The notes under the pieces are model-generated. The model made no database searches. It worked only from the letters and a program-made list of their open reading frames with translations, and was not told where the DNA came from. A program made the translations under genes and the position numbers. Positions 1 through 7,042 of a stretch of DNA of 32,000 nucleotides are shown here, piece by piece (within the stretch, counting starts at the first letter, position 1; each line of letters starts with the position of its first letter). Origin of the DNA: Planctomycetales bacterium (lineage in GTDB: Bacteria; 4484-113; JAFGCY01); NCBI GenBank assembly GCA_022646745.1, contig CP060262.1, positions 1,650,001 through 1,682,000 on the forward strand, in the 5' to 3' direction.

Positions 1-448
1 TCAGGCTGCGCAGCACGATCGCCGTGCTGGACAGCGAAAGCACCATCCCGAGGAACAGTGCTTGCTGGCTTGTGAGCCCGAAGGCCATCCCGCCGATGAA
101 GGCGATGCCGATCGTCAGGCCGATCTGGGCCACGCCGGCCAGCAGGGCCAGTGGGCCGGCGGCCTTGATGCGCTCGCGGCTGAATTCGAGGCCGATGGTG
201 AACAGCAGCAGCGCCACGCCGATCTCGCCGAGCATGGTGAGGTCGTCGCTGCTGCGCACAAGTCCCAGCCCGTGTGGCCCGGCCACTGCACCGGCCAGCA
301 GGAAGCCGCTGACGACGGGCAGCTTGAGCTTGCCCAGCAGCAGCGCGGCGATGATCGCTGCCACGGCCAGCACCATCACGTCGATCAGCAGTGCGCTTTC
401 GGGATGGGAGGCTCCGGCGAGCAGGGCGACTGGGAAGGGCAAGTTCAC
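1..448 (-). CDS. Cation:proton antiporter, CPA2/Kef-type Na+/H+ exchanger family (N-terminal 149 codons; gene continues past the left edge)
   Basis: Own translation of the minus strand from GTG at 448: VNLPFPVALLAGASHPESALLIDVMVLAVAAIIAALLLGKLKLPVVSGFLLAGAVAGPHGLGLVRSSDDLTMLGEIGVALLLFTIGLEFSRERIKAAGPLALLAGVAQIGLTIGIAFIGGMAFGLTSQQALFLGMVLSLSSTAIVLRSL. It shows consecutive TM helices and the LPxVxGxLxAGxxxGP ... LLLFxxGLE pattern typical of Kef/NapA-type exchangers. It is absent from the ORF track only because it has no stop in the window. Track ORFs 24..482 and 62..454 (+) are antisense shadows. The start codon is uncertain (no clear SD). Confidence 0.75.
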   Translation of the reverse strand, partial: MNLPFPVALLAGASHPESALLIDVMVLAVAAIIAALLLGKLKLPVVSGFLLAGAVAGPHGLGLVRSSDDLTMLGEIGVALLLFTIGLEFSRERIKAAGPLALLAGVAQIGLTIGIAFIGGMAFGLTSQQALFLGMVLSLSSTAIVLRSL

Positions 449-473
449 TGCTAATAGTTTACTGGTTACAAAT

Positions 474-577
474 GGGGGATGAGGGATGATGGATGGGGGG
501 ATGGGCAGAAGCAGAATCAGAATGAGAAGCAGAATCAGAATGAGAAACAGAAACAGAAACAGAAGCAGAAGCAGAAG
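474..577. repeat. Composite microsatellite: about 4 G-rich heptamers (GGGGGAT GAGGGAT GATGGAT GGGGGGAT) followed directly by 12 tandem hexamers (CAGAAN)
   Basis: Read directly. 474..505 holds the heptamers. 506..577 is exactly 12 x 6 nt: cagaag cagaat cagaat gagaag cagaat cagaat gagaaa cagaaa cagaaa cagaag cagaag cagaag. The same two-part architecture recurs at 19717..19804. Confidence 0.9.
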
Positions 578-584
578 ATGATGA

Positions 585-950
585 AGTACCGGCGCGGCCC
601 TGCCGCGATTGCACGCGGGATGTGGAAATGGGGCAAGGCGCAACCTGAGTGAGGGTATGTTGCCAGAATTCCTTTTTCCCTGCGCCGCAGGATCCTTCTG
701 CGTCTCTGCGCCAGAAGACCCGCCACGTTGTGCCCCCTCGCAAGTCGAATCACGCCATGGCGTGATGAGGCCTGATGCTACGAATCACAGGGATATGGAG
801 CCAATAATCACGAGCCGCGCAGCCTCGCGGGAAGCTGTGTACCCGCCAGTCTGGTTTTATTGGCGAAGAGGCGCAGAGATTCAGGAGGCGCAGAGCTTGA
901 CAATGTACGCGAGGCTAATTGCTCATTCTTCATAGCTCATTGCTTCGCAG
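585..950. repeat. Dispersed intergenic repeat, copy A (about 366 bp), with a conserved 18-bp perfect palindrome ATCACGCCATGGCGTGAT at 749..766
   Basis: Aligns by eye block-for-block with 3316..3822. Shared blocks: AGTACCGG..., GAGTGAG-GT-GTTGCCAGAATTCCTTT, CTGCGCC-CAGGATCC-TTCTGCG-CTCTGCGCCA, AGTCGAATCACGCCATGGCGTGAT, GCCAG-CTGGTTTTA-TGGCG-AGAGGCGCAGAGA, AGGCGCAGAG, TTGCTCATTCTTCATAGCTCATTGCTTCGCAG. The internal arms CTCTGCGCC / GGCGCAGAG are mutually complementary. The last ~14 nt overlap the 3' end of CDS 937..2298. Confidence 0.8.
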
Positions 951-2298
951 TAGGTATTTCCATGCAAACCAGGCGCATCATCCCTGAGCCGATCGGCTCT
1001 CCCTGCTTGTCGAGTTCCACCTCGAAGCCGTATACCGTGCCGAACTCCTGGCGGTCGCGTGAGTTGCGATAAAGGTGTCGGATCAGGACGTCGTCGGAGC
1101 AGGTGTACAAAGCCTGCTTGCCATCCGGCTGCAGGTACAGAAGCGAGTTCCAGTCCCGTGCCTGCCGTGGGGCAATCAGCTCCGCGATTGTCGGATTGGA
1201 AGAGTGGTTGATTCGCATCGATTTCAGCAGGTTACGGCGGCTTTTCTGGATACTGCTGTCTGCGCCAGGTTTGCCCTCCAGCAGCAATGCTCCATCATCT
1301 GCGATGTCGTATATCAGGGAAGCATGGTAGCTGCCCGTCTGATAGCTCTGCACCGCCATGTTTTCCATGTCCAGCAGCCTGATGCTGGAGTCGATCTCAT
1401 ATTCGTTACCATGAGTGGCTCCGCTGGCAATCCATGCCAGCCACTGCCCCTTGCCGCGCCCGGTGTGCACCATGCTCTCCTCGCGATCGCTGTACAGCAG
1501 TGCTCCTGAAGGTGTACAGAGTTGCACGAGTTGGTCGTGCCCTGAAGCATCACGTGCAAAACCATAGTAGTTGCCATTGTCCAGTTGCATCGCACGGTTG
1601 ATCCTGCCGGGAATCAGGGGCTGAACCTGCCCATAGCCCTCTTCCCCCTCGCGGTAGTAGTTGTACACGGTGCCCATTGCCCCGTTCTGCTTCATGCATG
1701 TTGTCAGCCTGCCATTGTCTTCAACGAACAGGTCATGCAGCTCGCCTTGCAGAGTCAGGTGGTCCATCGAATGCAGTAACTTTCCCTCGTCATCCAGCAG
1801 GAACACCTTGTCCGAATTGGCAAGCGCGATGAACTCGCCCGATGGGCTGCAGTCCAGCCTGGATTTTCTTCTCGTGGTCTGTACGCCGCCCTCCAGGCTG
1901 CTTTGCCAGTTGGTTGAACCGTCATTGATGTTCAGGCAGCGCAGGATATTGCCATTGTTGAACACCAGTAGCCCAGCCGTATCAGAGTAAACCCAGCGGC
2001 AGTCATCCCAGCCATTGCCCATCTCCCTGTCCCAGAGCTGCCTGCCTGCATCGTCCCAGGCGCGGATATGCTGGCCGCTGAGCATCAGCACGCCGTTTCC
2101 CGGGCTGGCCATCAGGATCGCACGCGGATTGTACGAAATCTCGTCGGATCTCCAGATTGTTTCCAGCTGGTGTTGCGGCCTGAAGATAAGCAGCAGCAAG
2201 GCACCCATCACGAGCGCTGGAACAAGCAGGATCAGGATTGCCCGACTCCTTCGCTGCACTACGGGTTTGGTCGAATCAGGCTGGTGTTCGCTGTCCAT
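937..2298 (-). CDS. Hypothetical single-pass membrane protein with a probable beta-propeller-like (PQQ/BamB-like repeat) extracytoplasmic domain
   Basis: 453-aa ORF. It has an N-terminal basic stretch plus a TM helix (RRSRAILILLVPALVMGALLLLIF). Recurring G-x-L/V-x-x-D...W segments (e.g. IRAWDDAGRQLWD, LRCLNINDGSTNWQS, VFLLDDEGKLLHS) are suggestive of propeller blades. No family was recognised with certainty. Confidence 0.55.
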   Translation of the reverse strand: MDSEHQPDSTKPVVQRRSRAILILLVPALVMGALLLLIFRPQHQLETIWRSDEISYNPRAILMASPGNGVLMLSGQHIRAWDDAGRQLWDREMGNGWDDCRWVYSDTAGLLVFNNGNILRCLNINDGSTNWQSSLEGGVQTTRRKSRLDCSPSGEFIALANSDKVFLLDDEGKLLHSMDHLTLQGELHDLFVEDNGRLTTCMKQNGAMGTVYNYYREGEEGYGQVQPLIPGRINRAMQLDNGNYYGFARDASGHDQLVQLCTPSGALLYSDREESMVHTGRGKGQWLAWIASGATHGNEYEIDSSIRLLDMENMAVQSYQTGSYHASLIYDIADDGALLLEGKPGADSSIQKSRRNLLKSMRINHSSNPTIAELIAPRQARDWNSLLYLQPDGKQALYTCSDDVLIRHLYRNSRDRQEFGTVYGFEVELDKQGEPIGSGMMRLVCMEIPTAKQ

Positions 2299-2423
2299 GC
2301 TGCCGATCTAGCTTAGCTGCGGAATGGGCTTTGCGGAATGCAGAAGCGGGATGCGCCATCCAGGGATGCGTGATGGCCCATCCCACTTCCCGCTCTCCAA
2401 ACTCCACACTCTAAACTTCTTTG

Positions 2424-2454
2424 TGTTATACTCCAATTTAGGAATCATTCCTAA
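2424..2454 (+). promoter_or_regulatory. Extended -10 promoter (TGtTATACT, 2424..2432) followed by a perfect 8-1-8 palindrome TTAGGAATcATTCCTAA (2438..2454): candidate Fur-family autoregulatory box
   Basis: The palindrome was read directly. It keeps the AATnATT core common to the 7-1-7 Fur/PerR/Zur boxes and sits 12 nt upstream of the Fur-family start codon, just downstream of the -10. Confidence 0.5.
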
Positions 2455-2465
2455 GTAGGTCAACG

Positions 2466-2960
2466 ATGCACGAACAGCACGACATGGAAGATGGCATCCA
2501 GCAGCGCCTGCGCGAGGCCTGCCTGAAGGCGGGGATCCGCATGACCTACCAGCGGCTGGAGGTCTACCGCGAGGTGTCCGGCACCACCGAGCACCCGGAT
2601 GCGGAGAGCATCCACAAGAGCGTGCGCCGCCGCATCCCGACGATCTCACTCGATACCGTCTACCGCACGCTGTGGCTGCTGCAGGACCTCGGCCTCGTCA
2701 AGACGCTCGGCGCATCACGTGAGCGCGTGCGCTTCGATGCCAATGTGCGACCGCACCACCATTTCGTCTGCCTGTCCTGCGGCAAGGTGCAGGACTTCTT
2801 CGACGAGAAGCTGGACAGCATCGCACTGCCTTATACGGTCGGCGAGCTGGGCACGGTGGAGCAGACCCACATCGAGGCCCGCGGCTACTGCCACAACTGC
2901 GCCAGACAAAATGGCAGCACCGCGGCACGCAGCGGCCGTGAGAACGTCAGCCGAAATTAG
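2466..2960 (+). CDS. Fur-family metalloregulator (Fur/Zur/PerR class not resolved)
   Basis: Motifs: RMTYQRLEVYREV..HPDAESIHKSV...ISLDTVYRTLWLLQDLGLV (winged helix), then HHHFVCLSCGKV ... CHNC (two CxxC pairs forming the structural Zn site). Confidence 0.9.
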   Translation: MHEQHDMEDGIQQRLREACLKAGIRMTYQRLEVYREVSGTTEHPDAESIHKSVRRRIPTISLDTVYRTLWLLQDLGLVKTLGASRERVRFDANVRPHHHFVCLSCGKVQDFFDEKLDSIALPYTVGELGTVEQTHIEARGYCHNCARQNGSTAARSGRENVSRN

Positions 2961-3157
2961 CGGGCTGGGCCGGTTGCCTGAACCAGTCCATTAATCCCAA
3001 CTAAATATGAGCAGGATGCTCATTACTCTTTGTGCGCAAGTCACGCCAGGGCGAGGCGCGACGCGCAATCCGAAACTCAGGTAGCGCGCGACTGCGCGCC
3101 TTGCATCGGTTCGCTGTGCTCTGCTGGCAACGAGCTGGCTTGCCGCGGTTTTCTTAA

Positions 3158-3181
3158 CGCGGAGTCGCGGAGACGCGGAGG
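3158..3181. repeat. Tandem octamer (CGCGGAGN) x3
   Basis: cgcggagt cgcggaga cgcggagg, read directly. Confidence 0.8.
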
Positions 3182-3315
3182 ATGACGGAGTAACTCGTCT
3201 TAACGGTAGTGATTCGCTTCGCTCTGGAAAGATCGAGCAAATAAAAAGGAATTCTTCAACGCGAAGGCGCTAAGCCGCTAAGGAAAAGAAGGGAATGAAA
3301 CGCCTGACGGAAAAC

Positions 3316-3822
3316 AGTACCGGCCTTGCCCCGCAATGCCTGCACGAGAGAAGAGGCATTTGTGCAAAGCGTGACATGAGTGAGAGTAAGTTGCCAGAAT
3401 TCCTTTCTCTGCGCCTCAGGATCCCTTCTGCGCCTCTGCGCCAACAAAACCGCCAAGCAGTACCTCCGCGTCAGTCGAATCACGCCATGGCGTGATCGTA
3501 CGAACCAAAGATATTTGCAGCCAAAACGATGGTGGCGCGCAGCCGCGCGGTGAGCTGGGTGCTCGCCAGCCTGGTTTTAATGGCGCAGAGGCGCAGAGAA
3601 TGAAGAGGCGCAGAGGAATTCAATGTCCGCTTTGCTCATTGCTCATTCTGCATTGCTCATTGCTGGCAGCATGCACTCTCAATCGTCGCAGGGCGACGCC
3701 GGTACTATGTTGGCAATATGGATGTCAGGGAATTGCCAAACACAGAGATCCACAGAGTTCCGAAGTGCTGGAAGATGTTCGCCGGGCTCATTGCTCAATC
3801 TTCATAGCTCATAGCTGCGCAG
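3316..3822. repeat. Dispersed intergenic repeat, copy B (about 507 bp; the same element as 585..950 with a ~165 bp internal expansion), palindrome ATCACGCCATGGCGTGAT at 3479..3496
   Basis: See copy A. The tail block GCTCATTGCTCAATCTTCATAGCTCATAGCTGCGCAG (3786..3822) matches the copy A tail (914..950). Between them sits an expansion that includes five tandem heptamers (TTGCTCA TTGCTCA TTCTGCA TTGCTCA TTGCTGG) at 3632..3666. Confidence 0.8.
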
Positions 3823-4005
3823 CATTCCCTCCCAGGCGCATTGATACTGCGCCGCTACTGCCTTGTATCAGGTGATTCCCGTACTTCCTTCCCTTCCCTT
3901 TGCGCCTTCGCGTTGTCAGAACCATCCTGGCAAGCTTGATGCATCGCATTTGCGCAGCTGCCACTCGTTATCGCGTGTATTCGCTACGCGCTCCGATCAG
4001 CTCTG

Positions 4006-4040
4006 CACATCCCGCATACCGCATCCCACATCCCACATAG
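4006..4040. repeat. Five tandem heptamers CACATCC CGCATAC CGCATCC CACATCC CACATAG (GGATGYG on the minus strand), abutting the stop codon of CDS 4042..4440
   Basis: Read directly. The same unit family occurs at 19934..19966, and in the opposite orientation at 474..505. Confidence 0.85.
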
Positions 4041-4041
4041 C

Positions 4042-4440
4042 TCAGGCGGCAGTGCCTGCGGATTTCACCGCCGCAAGCAGGCCGTCCACGTCATCTGCTT
4101 CCGCAGCAGCCTTCCATTCCGGGAACAGCCAGTCCGGCAGGCTCTTCAGGCTGCGCAGGATGCTCGAAAGTTCGGCCGCCTTCTGCGCCATCTCCAGGTG
4201 CTCGCTGAGCCGGTTGCGCAGCACTAGCTTCAGGGTCTTCAAGCTGAAGCGCTCGGCCACCGTGGCACGAACGCACATCCGGCGCAGCAGGCCATCCTCA
4301 TCGCGGATCAGTGCGGCGGCATCCTCCGCGCTCAGGCCACTGTCCCGCAGTGACTGCTCGCTCAGGTCGCCATCGCTGATCAGGCACCACAGCAGTGCGC
4401 GCACCACAGGGTCATCATGCAATTTCTGGCTGAGAGTCAT
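4042..4440 (-). CDS. Hypothetical protein (132 aa, helical, acidic)
   Basis: Clean ORF with GC3-rich codon usage like its neighbours and a G-rich SD-like stretch (AAGGGGCGGAAA) before the ATG. No family recognised. Confidence 0.5.
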   Translation of the reverse strand: MTLSQKLHDDPVVRALLWCLISDGDLSEQSLRDSGLSAEDAAALIRDEDGLLRRMCVRATVAERFSLKTLKLVLRNRLSEHLEMAQKAAELSSILRSLKSLPDWLFPEWKAAAEADDVDGLLAAVKSAGTAA

Positions 4441-4451
4441 TTTCCGCCCCT

Positions 4452-4469
4452 TTGCCGGATTTCCGGCAA
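4452..4469. promoter_or_regulatory. Perfect 8-2-8 palindrome TTGCCGGA-tt-TCCGGCAA, 12-29 nt upstream of the 4440 start codon
   Basis: Read directly. Its core CCGGAAATCCGG resembles GGAAAATCCGGAA (21565..21579), CGGAAATTCCGGAA (21721..21734) and CCGGAAAATTCC (10079..10090). Confidence 0.35.
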
Positions 4470-4609
4470 CATTGCTAACTGTACGTTAAGCATATTTTAG
4501 CAGAAATCCATAATATAGCAAGTATTATCAATATAAATAACATGCCAACCATAGAACCGATCAATTCGTTATCTTCTTTGATAAAGGGCTTCGGGGGCAG
4601 GAATTCCAC

Positions 4610-4631
4610 TATTACATGAAATGGTGTAATA
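4610..4631 (+). promoter_or_regulatory. Inverted repeat TATTACA-N8-TGTAATA immediately upstream of the ArsR-family gene (candidate operator) within an AT-rich divergent promoter region (4441..4640)
   Basis: 7-8-7 inverted repeat read directly, ending 9 nt before the ATG at 4641. ArsR/SmtB repressors typically bind an inverted repeat overlapping their own promoter. The match to any known operator consensus was not established. Confidence 0.3.
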
Positions 4632-4640
4632 ATACATTCC

Positions 4641-5144
4641 ATGGACAAACTGGAATCCATGGAAGCGCTTGAACGGCAGTCCGCTGACGAGGCCCAGGCG
4701 CCTGCACGGGGCAGCGCCCGGCCCGCCGCGCTGCGGCTCAATCCGCTGCCGGCCACGCTTGGGGAGAAGCCCTGCCCGCAGCGGCCCGCCCTGCAGGCCC
4801 GCCCGCTGCTCAGTGACAGCCAGGCCGGCGAGCTGGAGCTGTTGTTCCGCCTGCTGGGCAACACCACCCGGCTGAAGATCCTGCACTGCCTGGTGCGTGA
4901 GGGCGAACTGCCCGTCGGCGAGCTGTGCGAGAAGATCGGGCTCAACACCCAGGCGGTTTCCAACCAGCTGCGCAACCTGGCCGGCAACGGCATCGTGATG
5001 GCACGGCGCTGCGGCACGAACATCCACTACCGCGTGGTGGACGACTGCGTTCTCGAACTGCTGGAGCGCGGCCTTTGCCAGCGCGAATGCGTGGAGGAAC
5101 GCGGTGCCCAGGGTTGCGGATCGGAGGGTTGCTGCAATGGATGA
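4641..5144 (+). CDS. ArsR/SmtB-family metalloregulatory transcriptional repressor with a Cys-rich C-terminal tail
   Basis: Core motif: ELELLFRLLGNTTRLKILHCLVREGELPVGELCEKIGLNTQAVSNQLRNLAGNGIVMARRCGTNIHYRV (wHTH of the ArsR family). The C-terminus CQRECVEERGAQGCGSEGCC is a plausible metal-sensing site. The ~60-aa N-terminal extension may mean the true start is later. Confidence 0.85.
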   Translation: MDKLESMEALERQSADEAQAPARGSARPAALRLNPLPATLGEKPCPQRPALQARPLLSDSQAGELELLFRLLGNTTRLKILHCLVREGELPVGELCEKIGLNTQAVSNQLRNLAGNGIVMARRCGTNIHYRVVDDCVLELLERGLCQRECVEERGAQGCGSEGCCNG

Positions 5145-6333
5145 TGAACGGAAGGGCGCTGACCTGAGCGCCCTGCGGATTGATTCACCGGCACTGCGGC
5201 CCGGCCTGCGGCGCAGCCTGCCGCTGGTCGAGATCCTGATCGTGGCCTGCATCCTGCTGGCAGCCTGGCTGCTGCTGGGTGACCGCCTGCCGGCGCTGAA
5301 GCCACAGGCCGAGCAGGTCGAGGCAGTGCAGCCCGCCACTGGAGGTGCAGACACCGCCCAGCGGGACAGCCTGCCCCCCGCCGCTCCCGGTGAGATCGTG
5401 GCCGGCGGCTACATCGAAATCATCCCGCCGGGGGCCACGGTGGTTTCCAGTGACGTGGATGCGCGCATCACGGCGATCCATGCCGTGCCCGGCGAGCATG
5501 TCAGTGCGGGCCAGCTGCTGGCAACACTTGATTCCAGCCAGCTGGAGCTGGAGCGCGGGAAGCTGCGGGCGGAGCGCGAGGTTGCCAGCCGTGAGCTGGA
5601 ACTGGCGCAGGCCGGCAGCCGCACGGAGGAGATCGAGGCCGCGCGCGCGGTTGTCAATTCCGCGAAGGCGGAGCTGGAACTGGCGCGCGAGGAGGCCCAG
5701 CGCGCGATCGAGCTGTTCGAGAAAGGCGTGGTCTCAAGGGCGGAGATGCGCACCTTCGAGACGCGCCGTGACACGGCCGAGGAGCAGCACAATGCCGCCC
5801 TGTCCGAGCTGGGCAGGCTGCAGGCAGGCACCCGCAGCGAGGAGATCAGCATCGCCGAGGCCCGCATCGGCCAGCTGGACAGCGAAATCAATGAACTGAA
5901 CTGGAAGGTCGGGCACTGCGAGCTGCGCAGCCCGGTTGACGGCGTGGTGCTGGAGCAGCTGGCGGAGATCGGAGACTGGGTCGGCGTTGCCAAGGACGAC
6001 CCCTCGAGTGCCGCGATCCTCTCGCTCTATGACCCGCAGCATGTGCAGGCCTGGGCGGACATCAACCAGCGCGACAGCGGGCTGCTCAGTGTCGGCCAGC
6101 CGGTCACGCTGACAACGGATGCGCATCCGGACCGCCCCGTCAGCGGCCGCTTGAGTGCGATCATGCCGCTGGCCAGCATCCAGAAGAACACGGTGCAGGT
6201 CAAGCTCAGCATCGACGAGGTGCCAGAGGACTTCCGGCCCGGGCTCGGGGTGCGCGTGGCGATAGACACAAGGGAAGCAGGCGCTGGCAACAGCGAGGCC
6301 GAAGATGGCAATCGGGAGGCCGGTGATGCCTGA
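5137..6333 (+). CDS. HlyD-family membrane-fusion / periplasmic adaptor protein (MacA-like)
   Basis: It has an N-terminal TM (LVEILIVACILLAAWLLL), a lipoyl-like motif (IHAVPGEHVSAGQLLATLD), a long coiled-coil (ELELAQAGSRTEEIEAARA...) and a beta-barrel part (CELRSPVDGVVLE). I prefer the ATG at 5137 (SD GGAGGG at 5123..5128), which overlaps the ArsR stop by 8 nt. The track start at 5104 is an N-terminal over-extension. Confidence 0.85.
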   Translation: MDDERKGADLSALRIDSPALRPGLRRSLPLVEILIVACILLAAWLLLGDRLPALKPQAEQVEAVQPATGGADTAQRDSLPPAAPGEIVAGGYIEIIPPGATVVSSDVDARITAIHAVPGEHVSAGQLLATLDSSQLELERGKLRAEREVASRELELAQAGSRTEEIEAARAVVNSAKAELELAREEAQRAIELFEKGVVSRAEMRTFETRRDTAEEQHNAALSELGRLQAGTRSEEISIAEARIGQLDSEINELNWKVGHCELRSPVDGVVLEQLAEIGDWVGVAKDDPSSAAILSLYDPQHVQAWADINQRDSGLLSVGQPVTLTTDAHPDRPVSGRLSAIMPLASIQKNTVQVKLSIDEVPEDFRPGLGVRVAIDTREAGAGNSEAEDGNREAGDA

Positions 6334-7042
6334 GCGCGGTGCCGGGCCGATTGTTGAACTGCGCGGTGTAACCCGTCGCTTCAGGAGCGGCGGTGGCTTC
6401 ATCACTCCGCTGGAGAACGTCGACCTGACAATCAATGAAGGTGAGTTCGTGGTGCTGATGGGCCCCTCCGGCACCGGCAAGAGCACCATGCTCAACCTGG
6501 TGGCCGGGATTGACAAGCCCGACAGCGGACGGATCATCGTTGCCGGCGAGGACATCACCGGTTACAGCGAGGATGCGCTGGCGCGCTGGCGCACCCGCGC
6601 GATCGGCTACATCTTCCAGCAGTTCAACCTGCTGGGCGTGCTGAGTGCGCGTGAGAATGTCGAGCTGCCCCTCAGCCTGCTGCCGATCCCGGCCGCGCGC
6701 CGCCGCGAGCTGGTGGACACGGCGCTTGAGGTGACCGGCATCACGGACCGGGCCGGGCACTATCCGCGCCAGCTCTCCGGCGGGCAGGAGCAGCGCGTTG
6801 CCATTGCACGCGCGATCGCCTGCGACCCGCTGCTGCTGCTTGGCGACGAGCCGACCGGCGCGCTGGATTCCAGGACCGCGAAGATGGTGATGGAACTGCT
6901 GGCGGAACTCAACCGCCGCTTCCAAAAGACCGTCATGCTGGTGACGCATGACCCGGCGGTGGCCGCCTACGGCCAGCGCGTGCTGCACCTCAATGAGGGA
7001 CGGATCGAGGAGGAGGTACGGGCAGCGCATGCTGATGCTTAG
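6326..7042 (+). CDS. ABC transporter ATP-binding protein (MacB/LolD-type)
   Basis: Walker A is GPSGTGKST, the signature is [14 protein letters not shown] and Walker B is [12 protein letters not shown]. The ATG at 6326 is preceded by GGGAGG (6314..6319) and overlaps the HlyD stop by 8 nt. Confidence 0.9.
   Translation: MPERGAGPIVELRGVTRRFRSGGGFITPLENVDLTINEGEFVVLMGPSGTGKSTMLNLVAGIDKPDSGRIIVAGEDITGYSEDALARWRTRAIGYIFQQFNLLGVLSARENVELPLSLLPIPAARRRELVDTALEVTGITDRAGHYPRQLSGGQEQRVAIARAIACDPLLLLGDEPTGALDSRTAKMVMELLAELNRRFQKTVMLVTHDPAVAAYGQRVLHLNEGRIEEEVRAAHADA

Noticed and set aside
24-482. Plus-strand ORFs 24..482 and 62..454
   Set aside because: The minus strand here translates into a textbook CPA2 antiporter N-terminus, and the plus-strand products are low-complexity S/P/A-rich.
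474-577. Could the tandem arrays (here and at 3158, 3632, 4006, 19717, 19934, 24856) be CRISPR arrays?
   Set aside because: Units are 6-8 nt with no spacers and no cas genes, so these are microsatellite-type arrays.
535-753. Small minus-strand ORFs starting in the 18-bp palindrome of both dispersed repeat copies (MIRLARGH..LLAQRRRR at 535..753; MIRLTRRY..LLAQRRRR at 3256..3483)
   Set aside because: The two copies shift reading frame relative to each other after the RRRR segment (a 1-nt indel near GGATCC). One also runs into the hexamer array (FCFCFCF). Conservation is therefore at the nucleotide level, not the protein level.
1485-1492. HIP1-like octamer GCGATCGC (also near 6817 and 8253), checked because heptamer tandem repeats plus an RRM protein are reminiscent of cyanobacterial STRR/Rbp biology
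   Set aside because: I noticed only about three copies in 32 kb, not clearly above my rough expectation of about one for this base composition. GC content and gene content do not point to heterocystous cyanobacteria. The STRR resemblance is noted only as an analogy.
4475-4552. 25-aa very hydrophobic ORF (MVGMLFILIILAILWISAKICLTYS) in the AT-rich divergent promoter region, toxin-like
   Set aside because: It has no SD. Hydrophobic peptides arise easily from T-rich sequence, and the rest of track ORF 4475..5023 is antisense to the ArsR gene.
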